A DNA stretch of 64,000 nt from an uncultured Pelagibacteraceae bacterium (GTDB lineage Bacteria; Pseudomonadota; Alphaproteobacteria; Pelagibacterales; Pelagibacteraceae), in NCBI GenBank assembly GCA_902632145.1, contig CACPBH010000001.1:16553-80552 (forward strand), read 5' to 3'. This document shows, piece by piece, positions 11,221-19,258 of the stretch. Positions within the stretch are counted from its first letter, which is position 1. Each line of letters begins with the position of its first letter. The position numbers and the translations under genes are program-made. Below the pieces are notes generated by a model, which worked only from the letters and a program-made list of their open reading frames with translations, searched no databases and was not told the origin of the DNA.

Positions 11221-11996
11221 TGAAAAAAATTAATTTAGCTATCTCAGGATGTATGGGTAGAATGGGGCAACAACTCATAGCATCAGCAAAAAAAAATAAA
11301 TTATTTAAAATCGTTTCTTTGACGGAGAACAAAAAAATTAGCAAAAAAATTTCAGGAATTAGGCCTCAATTAAATTCAAGCAATGCCTTTAAAAAAGCAA
11401 ACATTATAATAGATTTTACTATTCCAAAGAGCACTTTAGAAATTCTTAAAATAGCTGCAAAACAAAAAAAGAGAGTTGTAATTGGAACAACTGGGTTCAC
11501 AAAAAAAGAAGAAAACCTCATTAAAAAGTTTTCAAGAAGCATACCTATTTTAAAAGCTGGTAATATGAGTCTTGGTGTAAACTTATTGATGTATTTAACA
11601 GAAATTGCATCTAAATCCCTAGGCAATGGTTTCTTAAGTAAAATTTATGAAGTACACCATAAATATAAAAAAGATTATCCATCTGGTACAGCACTGATGC
11701 TAGGAAAAGGCATTGCAACTGGTAAAAAAAGAAATTTTTACAATATGATTGGAAAAAAATATCTTAATAAAAAATCATTTCCATATGGAAAAAAAATTAA
11801 TTTTAATTCGATTAGGAAAGGTAAAATAATTGGTGAACATGAGGTAACTTTTTCTAGCGGAAAAGAAATAGTAACCTTAAACCACGAGTCTTTCGATAGA
11901 GCTTTATATTCTGAAGGGGCTTTAGCTGCTGCAAAGTGGTTAATAAGCAAAAAGCCAGGGCTCTACTCGATGAGAAATCTTTTGAATTTTAAATAG
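11220..11996 (+). CDS. dapB: 4-hydroxy-tetrahydrodipicolinate reductase
   Basis: GCMGRMG, IDFT, VIGTTG, EVHHKYKKDYPSGTA motifs. Confidence 0.96.
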   Translation: MKKINLAISGCMGRMGQQLIASAKKNKLFKIVSLTENKKISKKISGIRPQLNSSNAFKKANIIIDFTIPKSTLEILKIAAKQKKRVVIGTTGFTKKEENLIKKFSRSIPILKAGNMSLGVNLLMYLTEIASKSLGNGFLSKIYEVHHKYKKDYPSGTALMLGKGIATGKKRNFYNMIGKKYLNKKSFPYGKKINFNSIRKGKIIGEHEVTFSSGKEIVTLNHESFDRALYSEGALAAAKWLISKKPGLYSMRNLLNFK

Positions 11997-12006
11997 GTTC
12001 TTATTT

Positions 12007-12465
12007 GTGCAGACTAGATACTTATTATTGGTTTTTATTCTTCTAATGTCCTGCGCAACACCTGAGGTTGTTGTTGTGAAAGACCCTTTAGACGAAAAAA
12101 AAAATTGTTTTGAACTAGAAAATTCAGTTGCCGAAACTCAAAAATTTAAAAGAGATGCTTTGTTTGAAAAGGAAAATACTGGGGGAAATATGGCGAGGAT
12201 GATCCTTTTTTGGCCTGCGATGGCTACGACTTTTCATAATGCAGATAAAGCTATAAAAGCTGCAAATGATAGAACATTTCATTTATTAAAAATTATGAAA
12301 GATAAGAACTGCAAAAATGTTGATTTAGTTAGTTCAGAAATTTTAAAAAATTCAACACAGACTGTGGCTGGCCAATTAAGTATTTTAAGAGAAATGTATA
12401 AATCAGGTGATTTAACAAAAGAGGAATTTAAAAAAGCAAAAAAAAAAGTGCTGGAAAGTGAATAA
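12007..12465 (+). CDS. Hypothetical lipoprotein with C-terminal SHOCT-like motif
   Basis: Lipobox LMSC; C-terminal LREMYKSGDLTKEEFKKAKKKVL resembles SHOCT. Confidence 0.7.
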   Translation: MQTRYLLLVFILLMSCATPEVVVVKDPLDEKKNCFELENSVAETQKFKRDALFEKENTGGNMARMILFWPAMATTFHNADKAIKAANDRTFHLLKIMKDKNCKNVDLVSSEILKNSTQTVAGQLSILREMYKSGDLTKEEFKKAKKKVLESE

Positions 12466-13111
12466 TCAAAAGAAATCTAAAATTATTTTAAGACTATTAG
12501 ATAAGACTTATCCTAAAGTTCCTATACCTCTTAATTATAGAAACACTTTCACACTTTTAATTTCTGTATTGCTTTCTGCACAATGTACTGATGTAAATGT
12601 AAATAATGTTACAAAAGGTATCTACCCAAAATATAACAAACCTATTCATTTTGTAAAACTTGGCAGAAAAAAAATTGAACGTTTGATTAAAAAAATTGGA
12701 ATATTTAGAGTTAAAGCTAAAAGTATTTTTTACTTATCAAAAACTTTGGTTGAAAAATATAAAGGCAAAGTTCCAAAAACATACGAAGAGTTAGAACAAC
12801 TTCCTGGTGTCGGTCACAAGACTGCAAGCGTTGTTATGTCTCAAGGTTTTGGCTTTCCTGCATTTCCAGTCGATACACATATTCATAGATTAGCTCAGAG
12901 ATGGGGATTAACAAATGGAAAAAGTGTTGTTCAGACAGAAGAGGACTTAAAGAAAATTTTTCCTAAAAAATCCTGGAACAAGCTTCATTTGCAAATAATT
13001 TGGTATGGAAGAGAATATTGTAAGGCCCGAGATTGTTATGGAATAACTTGTAAAATTTGTAAAAGCTGTTATCCAAATAGAACAAAACCTATTAAAACAA
13101 AAAAAGCTTAA
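12458..13111 (+). CDS. nth: Endonuclease III
   Basis: LLSAQCTD, HhH LPGVGHKTA, VDTHIHR, C-terminal Cys cluster. Confidence 0.95.
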   Translation: MNNQKKSKIILRLLDKTYPKVPIPLNYRNTFTLLISVLLSAQCTDVNVNNVTKGIYPKYNKPIHFVKLGRKKIERLIKKIGIFRVKAKSIFYLSKTLVEKYKGKVPKTYEELEQLPGVGHKTASVVMSQGFGFPAFPVDTHIHRLAQRWGLTNGKSVVQTEEDLKKIFPKKSWNKLHLQIIWYGREYCKARDCYGITCKICKSCYPNRTKPIKTKKA

Positions 13112-14041
13112 ATGAAAATCTTAGGGATTGGTAATGCAATTGTAGATGTAATTTGTAAAGTTGATGACAAATTTATTTCTCAAAATAACCTAACAAAAAG
13201 TACAATGAAGCTAGTAGATGAGGCTGAATTTAAAAAAATATTATCTACTCTTAAAATAGAGGAAACTGTCTCAGGTGGATCAGTTGCAAACTCAATAGTA
13301 GGTCTTTCACAACTTGGAAATAAAGTGGGTTTTATAGGTAAAATAAGTGATGATGATTTAGGCAATAAATATGAAGAGGGTTTGAAGAAAGAAAATGTGC
13401 AATACTTCTATTCTAAGAAAAAAGAATCCACTCCAACTGGAACTTGCTTGATACTAATAACACCCGACTCTGAAAGAACCATGGTAACTTTTTTAGGTAT
13501 AGCGGGAAGAATTAGCGAGAATGACATTAATGAGGATGCTGTAAAGAATAGCGAAATCTTATTTTTAGAGGGATATCTTTGGGACGAAGGAGAGCCTAGA
13601 AAAGCTTTTGAAAAAGCAATAAATAATTCAAACAAAGTTGCTATGTCATTATCAGACTTATTTTGTGTAGAAAGACACAAGCCAAGTTTCTTAGAATTGG
13701 TAAAAAATAAATTAGATATTACATTTGCAAACGAGCAAGAAATTATGTCACTTATTAATGTAAAAAAATTTGATGATGTAATTAATTTTGCTAAAAAAAT
13801 TAATAAATTAGTAGTTATTACTCGAGGTGATAAGGGTGCAGTAGCAATTAAAAAAGATGAAGTTGTGGAGTGTTCTGCAAAAAAAAATCTTCAAATAAAG
13901 GATTTAACAGGTGCTGGAGATTTATTTGCAGGTGGTTTTTTACACGGCTTAATAAACAATAAATCTACTAAAGAAAGTTTAGAAGTTGGAACAGAAATGT
14001 CATCGAAAGTAATTCAAATAATAGGAGCTCGACTTAATTGA
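13112..14041 (+). CDS. PfkB-family adenosine/sugar kinase
   Basis: GNAIVD, SGGSVANS, EGYLWD, DLTGAGDLFAGGF. Confidence 0.9.
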   Translation: MKILGIGNAIVDVICKVDDKFISQNNLTKSTMKLVDEAEFKKILSTLKIEETVSGGSVANSIVGLSQLGNKVGFIGKISDDDLGNKYEEGLKKENVQYFYSKKKESTPTGTCLILITPDSERTMVTFLGIAGRISENDINEDAVKNSEILFLEGYLWDEGEPRKAFEKAINNSNKVAMSLSDLFCVERHKPSFLELVKNKLDITFANEQEIMSLINVKKFDDVINFAKKINKLVVITRGDKGAVAIKKDEVVECSAKKNLQIKDLTGAGDLFAGGFLHGLINNKSTKESLEVGTEMSSKVIQIIGARLN

Positions 14042-14943
14042 TCAAATATATAACAATATTCTTTTACCTATTTGTTCTTAATGTTTCAGCTGAAGAATAT
14101 TTTAAATTCAATAGTGCTGATAAAAAATTTCCAAACCATTCAGAAGTTATAGTGGAAATTTCTTTTCCAAAGAAAATCACAGGAAAATTACCCTTAATTA
14201 TAACTCAACATGGCAGTACGAGGGATGGGAAAAAAATTCAAGACGGAGCAACCGATGAGTATTCAAAAAGAATTATAAAAGAAGGCACTAAACAAGGGTT
14301 TGCAGTTGCGGCTTTAGATGCATTTTATAAAAAACCTATTACATCAACTGAAAAAACGCGTTTTCCAGATGCATTAAATTACGCAAATGAATTAAGAAAA
14401 ATTTTAATTAAAGATGAAAGGTTTGATAAAGAAAATTTTTTTTACACAGGTTTTAGTTACGGTGCTCAACAGGTACTTAAAACTATTGGTGCTCCTTACA
14501 ATAATAAAAATCCAAATGCTTGGAAAGCTATAGCTTCGGCTGAACCAGGATGTAATTTATTTCATAAACCAATTAAACTGAGTTTTCCAGTTTTAATTAT
14601 AAAAGGAGAAGAAAGTCATTATTACATTGAACCATGTAAAATTCTTGAAAAAGAATTATTAAAAGCAGGTAACAAAGTAAAACTCGTTAATATTCCAAAA
14701 GTTAATCACTTTTTTAGTACGAAAGGTAAAATTGTTAAAGGTGTTGCAGTTAATGGATGTCGGTATGATCCGATAATCAAAATGCCAGATGGTAAATCCT
14801 TTTTATATAGTGGAGCTGAAATATCAAGAAAAGAAGCTAGAAAAAGATGTTTTACTAACGAAGCAGGCAAAGGCAAAAATAGAAAAAAATTAAATGAAGC
14901 TGTTAATTTAACTATTACTTTTTTTAAAGATAATCTGAATTAG
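14038..14943 (+). CDS. Secreted alpha/beta hydrolase (dienelactone hydrolase-like)
   Basis: Signal peptide, TQHGS, nucleophile elbow GFSYG, PVLIIKGE, HFF. Confidence 0.7.
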   Translation: MIKYITIFFYLFVLNVSAEEYFKFNSADKKFPNHSEVIVEISFPKKITGKLPLIITQHGSTRDGKKIQDGATDEYSKRIIKEGTKQGFAVAALDAFYKKPITSTEKTRFPDALNYANELRKILIKDERFDKENFFYTGFSYGAQQVLKTIGAPYNNKNPNAWKAIASAEPGCNLFHKPIKLSFPVLIIKGEESHYYIEPCKILEKELLKAGNKVKLVNIPKVNHFFSTKGKIVKGVAVNGCRYDPIIKMPDGKSFLYSGAEISRKEARKRCFTNEAGKGKNRKKLNEAVNLTITFFKDNLN

Positions 14944-15046
14944 TTTTTTTTCTCTTAAAACTTCCTTTTCCTTTTTTTGGTTTAATAACTCTTTTACGAT
15001 ATTTTTTTGTAAATAAATCAATCGCATATTTATTTCTCTTTTTCAA
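14924..15046 (-). CDS. arfA: ArfA-like alternative ribosome rescue factor (40 aa)
   Basis: Manual translation from TTG 15046: MKKRNKYAIDLFTKKYRKRVIKPKKGKGSFKRKKTNSDYL*. R-x-R-V-x-K-x-KKGKGS-[FY]-x-RK matches the ArfA core; start overlaps the upstream stop (TTGA). Confidence 0.75.
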   Translation of the reverse strand: MKKRNKYAIDLFTKKYRKRVIKPKKGKGSFKRKKTNSDYL

Positions 15047-15669
15047 AGATAATAGCCTTCCTTATTATTAAGTAAAAATTTTTCATCAAGAAATTTTTCA
15101 CTAATTTTTTTCCTTAATCTATATATGTGAGTTTCAACAGTATGAGTATCTGACTCGGCAGAATATTGCCACACTAGAGTCAATATATCATCCTTTGAAA
15201 CTGCTTTTTTTTTGCTCAACAATACCTCTAAAAGTTTAACTTCTTTTTCAGTTAAGATTATAGCTTTATTGTTTTTTATTAATTTTTTTTCATTTTTATC
15301 CAATATGTAATCTTTAATTGATATAGAAGAATTTTTAGCAAATTCATTTTTTGCAGCACTTACCTCTATCAAATTGTTTACTTCTTCAATAGTTGTAGGT
15401 AGTTTAAGAACGTAATCATAATCATTTGATAATTTGGGATTGTTATTAATTGCTAATATTTTTAAGCACTTATTTTTTTTTAATATATCTTTTAATCTAT
15501 CATCGTGAGAGGTATCCTGATGGTAAATAATACCATGTAAATTGCCTTTAAAAGAGGAGGTTAATTTTTTTTGATCAGAAGAAATGTTAAACTTAAAATA
15601 TGGTTCAAGTTCGTTTAATGTAGAAATAAAACTATCTGGACCAAAAATAAATATATTTAGTTTATGCAT
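15043..15669 (-). CDS. OmpR-type winged-helix regulator with degenerate receiver domain (CenR-like by position)
   Basis: LTEKE...VW...DTHTVETHIYRLRKKI...GYYL wHTH; next to the L,D-transpeptidase and yggS. Confidence 0.8.
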   Translation of the reverse strand: MHKLNIFIFGPDSFISTLNELEPYFKFNISSDQKKLTSSFKGNLHGIIYHQDTSHDDRLKDILKKNKCLKILAINNNPKLSNDYDYVLKLPTTIEEVNNLIEVSAAKNEFAKNSSISIKDYILDKNEKKLIKNNKAIILTEKEVKLLEVLLSKKKAVSKDDILTLVWQYSAESDTHTVETHIYRLRKKISEKFLDEKFLLNNKEGYYL

Positions 15670-16155
15670 ATATTAATTAAAAACAAATCACTAATTTACA
15701 ATAACTATAAAGTAAAATGTGCTTTAGGTAAAAGAGGAATTGGTAATAAAAAAAAGGAGGGCGACCTAATAACCCCAAAAGGATGCTTTAAAATAAAAGG
15801 AATTCTTTATAGACGAGACAAGGTTAAAAATTTAAGAACAAAAATTAGAAAAAAAGAAATCAATAAAAAAATGGGTTGGTGTGATGACCCAAAATCAAAA
15901 AAATATAATCAATTAATTAAGCTCCCATCTAAATTTAATTTTGAAAAACTTTATAGAAATGACGGAATTTATGATATTTTATTTATTTTGAACTTTAATA
16001 CTAATCCTGTAATAAAAAATAAAGGTAGTGCAATTTTTATACACATTGCAAAAAGAAATTATCCTCCTACTAAAGGTTGTATAGCTATAAAAAAAAATGA
16101 CATCAAAAGATTAGCTAGTAAAATTAATAAAAAGACTCTAGTAAAAATTCTTTAA
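15664..16155 (+). CDS. L,D-transpeptidase family protein (YkuD)
   Basis: KKEGDLITPKG, GWCDDP, GSAIFIH, PTKGCIA motifs. Confidence 0.9.
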   Translation: MHILIKNKSLIYNNYKVKCALGKRGIGNKKKEGDLITPKGCFKIKGILYRRDKVKNLRTKIRKKEINKKMGWCDDPKSKKYNQLIKLPSKFNFEKLYRNDGIYDILFILNFNTNPVIKNKGSAIFIHIAKRNYPPTKGCIAIKKNDIKRLASKINKKTLVKIL

Positions 16156-16802
16156 GATCTTGATCCAAAAATGGAACTTCCAATTCTTACAAAGGTAGCA
16201 CCATGTTTTATAGCTTCTAAATAATCTGCAGACATTCCCATACTAAGTTCATTTAATGCTAATGAATTATTTATTTCTTCGGTAGATTTAAAATATTTTG
16301 TTGTTTGCTTATCATTAGGCGGGATTATCATCAAACCAACTACTTTGAGATTAATTTCTTGAGTACAATAAGTATAAAAAGAGTCTAGCTCACTAACGCT
16401 AATACCAGATTTTTGAAGCTCGTTTCCAATATTTACTTGAATAAAATATTGTAGAGTTTTATTTATATTTTTTTGACTTTTCGAAAGAATGTCAGCAAGT
16501 TTTTGATTGTCTAATGAGTGTATATAATCAAAGATTTCAACTGCATTTTTAGCCTTATTGCTCTGAAGCTTTCCTACCATATGTAATTTTAAATTCTGAT
16601 TAAGATTTTTTATTTCTTTCCATTTAGCGAAAGCTTCTTGAACTTTATTCTCACCAAAATGGTCATGTCCATAATCAATCAAGGGCTTAATGTGATCCAA
16701 ATTAAAAGTTTTACTGATTGCAACTACCTTAACTTTCTTTTTTGGCTTGATTTCATCTATATTGGCTTTTATCTTTTTAAATCTTTCAATTATGATGCTC
16801 AT
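16152..16802 (-). CDS. yggS: PLP homeostasis protein YggS
   Basis: VAISKT, FGENKVQE, GKLQSNK, LSMGMSADY, VRIGSSIFG. Confidence 0.95.
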   Translation of the reverse strand: MSIIIERFKKIKANIDEIKPKKKVKVVAISKTFNLDHIKPLIDYGHDHFGENKVQEAFAKWKEIKNLNQNLKLHMVGKLQSNKAKNAVEIFDYIHSLDNQKLADILSKSQKNINKTLQYFIQVNIGNELQKSGISVSELDSFYTYCTQEINLKVVGLMIIPPNDKQTTKYFKSTEEINNSLALNELSMGMSADYLEAIKHGATFVRIGSSIFGSRS

Positions 16803-17375
16803 ATGTTTATTTCAAAAAAAAAATATTTTTTAATTATCGAAAATACCAAAGATATTAAATTAAGTAACATAAAAAATTCAGATAAAATCAATATAATCTA
16901 TAGGAATAAAAATGTTAAAGATAATATCTCAGAATTATCTAAATTTAGAAAGATCTGTAAAATGAAAAAAATTAAGTTGTTTATTGCAAACGACATAAGT
17001 CTTTGTAAATTTCTTAAAGCTGATGGGATATATATCTCTGCTAGCAATTTTAGCTTAAATTTAAGAAGGTATAAAAATTTCAAATTTAAAATTATTGGAT
17101 CTGCACACAATAGAAAAGAAATTTTGATTAAAAAGCACCAAGGTTGCTCTGAAATAATTTTTTCAAGGTTATTCAAAACATCTTATAAATTTAAAAAAGA
17201 CTATTTAGGTATTATTAAATTTAATCTTTTAAACATATCTAATAGTAATAAATTGATCCCACTAGGAGGCATCCGTTTAGCAAACCTTAATAAAATTAAA
17301 ATGTTAAATTGTGCTAGTTTTGTAATATTTTCAGAGGTAAAAAAAAAGCCGGCCATAATTGACCGGCTTTTTTAA
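16803..17375 (+). CDS. Divergent thiamine phosphate synthase / TenI-like protein
   Basis: Likely start ATG 16803; FIAND, ADGIYIS, IGSAHN, IPLGGI motifs of the ThiE/TenI barrel. Confidence 0.7.
   Translation: MFISKKKYFLIIENTKDIKLSNIKNSDKINIIYRNKNVKDNISELSKFRKICKMKKIKLFIANDISLCKFLKADGIYISASNFSLNLRRYKNFKFKIIGSAHNRKEILIKKHQGCSEIIFSRLFKTSYKFKKDYLGIIKFNLLNISNSNKLIPLGGIRLANLNKIKMLNCASFVIFSEVKKKPAIIDRLF
17341..17373. terminator. Bidirectional intrinsic terminator (porin / thiE-like)
   Basis: AAAAAAGCCGG...CCGGCTTTTTT hairpin with A and T tracts on both sides, between convergent genes. Confidence 0.85.
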
Positions 17376-17394
17376 TTTTAAACAGCTAGTATTC

Positions 17395-18486
17395 TTAGAA
17401 TGCTAGTGCTAAAGAGATGATAGATTTTGTTTCATCTCTGCTTGCTGTGTAGTCAGAATTGTCTGTATCAATTAATGATAGACCAAGTGTAGCACCACCA
17501 ATATTGTATGCTGCCATAAGTGTCGTCTGACTTGATGTTACAGTAGTTTTTGTAGCAGTTGAAGCTGTTGCAGCCATAGTCGCGTGGGTTCTGTCAAAGT
17601 CTTCTTCAGAAAATGATACTGATAATTGATCATTTACTGCAAACTCTATACCGATACCATCAGACTGGTATTGCAAACCGTTTAATACAGTTGCTGTATC
17701 CGCTACGTTTGTTCTGTACTTATTAGTGTTCTTTGCTGGCTCTACATAACCTTTTGTATAACCAACTTTGAAGTTACCAAGTGCGTACTGAACGTAATAG
17801 TTACCACCGCTTTTTTCTTGTGATACGTTTGATGCTCTATTACCACCTACTTCGTAATAGTCAGCACCAACTTTCAAACCATCAAGTGGGCTAGCAGTTA
17901 CTTTGTACTGAGTAGCATTTGTACCGTCTACATCTGCATCAGCTTGTGCTCCACCAGCTTTGTAACTGTTACTTTGACCATCTGCGGTATTAGGTGCATA
18001 ACCTATAGATGCTTGAACACCGAAAGGTATTAATCCAGCCGGAGTTGTGTATGTTACGTGTGGGTCTGCAGATACGTCATAACCACGACCAATTTTAGTC
18101 ATAGTATTTGCGTAGTCAGCACCAACTCCCATAGCACCAATTCCCCAACCTAATTCAGTAGATAATCCGCCTTCAGCGTCATATAAACCGATTGTACCTA
18201 AGTCACCCATTCCGATTACGATTGCTGTATCATCGTTTGAAGCAGCACCGCCATCAGCAGGATCTAACTCTGTGTGGTATTTCCATGTGAACCCGTTGTC
18301 CAACTCGCCTGAGGCTGTGAAGTTAAGTTCGTTTGAAATACCCATAGCTTTGCCGGTATCGTTACCACCATGTGACATGTAAGAAAACTTAGCTGAACCA
18401 GTTACTGATAGTTCACCAGCTTTTGCACTTACAGAAATCAATGAAGCAGAAACTAAAACGGCAATTGTTTTAAGTATATTTTTCAT
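17395..18486 (-). CDS. Outer-membrane porin
   Basis: Signal peptide, GELSVTGSA N-terminus, SGELDNG, C-terminal Phe; codon usage typical of highly expressed genes. Confidence 0.85.
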   Translation of the reverse strand: MKNILKTIAVLVSASLISVSAKAGELSVTGSAKFSYMSHGGNDTGKAMGISNELNFTASGELDNGFTWKYHTELDPADGGAASNDDTAIVIGMGDLGTIGLYDAEGGLSTELGWGIGAMGVGADYANTMTKIGRGYDVSADPHVTYTTPAGLIPFGVQASIGYAPNTADGQSNSYKAGGAQADADVDGTNATQYKVTASPLDGLKVGADYYEVGGNRASNVSQEKSGGNYYVQYALGNFKVGYTKGYVEPAKNTNKYRTNVADTATVLNGLQYQSDGIGIEFAVNDQLSVSFSEEDFDRTHATMAATASTATKTTVTSSQTTLMAAYNIGGATLGLSLIDTDNSDYTASRDETKSIISLALAF

Positions 18487-18718
18487 ATTTTTCCTTATTG
18501 TTTGTTTGATTTAATAATTATTATTAAACGTAATACTTTTAGCAAAAAGCAGGTAATTTATGTTGTTTTTACCTAGACAGAGCTCACTTTCTTGACTTAT
18601 GTGATAAAAATGCAACAATTTGCCAAAAGAGCCATGTTTTACAGCGGTATTTAAATAACTTTCACATAGCTAAATTGATATGTATTATCTAAATTTACTT
18701 ACATTTATAAAAAAAAAC

Positions 18719-19258
18719 ATGAAATTTTCGAAGCTATTTTTAACAATCTTTCTCTTTATAAGCCTAGTAACTGTGAATTCGTGTGGCATGTACAAGAAAG
18801 TCGATCAAAGACAAATGCCTGATGGTGCTGATGCTAAAGCTAGAAAAAACATTGATGAAGGAAAAGGTGTAAGTCTTGGTGGCTTAATGAGTAAACGTGG
18901 CGGGGGTTTAACAAATTATGAATTTAGTACTTCAAATCCAATGTGGAGAGCTTCCTTAGAGATTTTGGATTTCCTACCTCTATCTACAGTGGACTATTCT
19001 GGCGGAATGATAATAACGGATTGGTACTCCGAAAGTAACTCAGATGAATCTATTAAAATTACGATTAGATTTTTATCAAATGAAGTTAGATCTGATAATT
19101 TAAAAATAATTGTTCATAAAAAAAAATGTGCGAGTGCAACAAGTTGCGTAGTAACTCAATTAGGAAATAATGAAATCAGTAATGAATTATTAACATCGAT
19201 TGTAAAAACTGCAGCAAGGTTTGAAAGAGAAGATAAAAAAAAAAATAAAAAAAGATAA
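18719..19258 (+). CDS. DUF3576 lipoprotein
   Basis: Lipobox VNSC; [31 protein letters not shown]; conserved position upstream of leuS. Confidence 0.85.
   Translation: MKFSKLFLTIFLFISLVTVNSCGMYKKVDQRQMPDGADAKARKNIDEGKGVSLGGLMSKRGGGLTNYEFSTSNPMWRASLEILDFLPLSTVDYSGGMIITDWYSESNSDESIKITIRFLSNEVRSDNLKIIVHKKKCASATSCVVTQLGNNEISNELLTSIVKTAARFEREDKKKNKKR

Noticed and set aside
16638-16802. N-terminal extension of the thiE-like ORF
   Set aside because: It lies antisense to yggS; ATG 16803 has a properly spaced -10 element.
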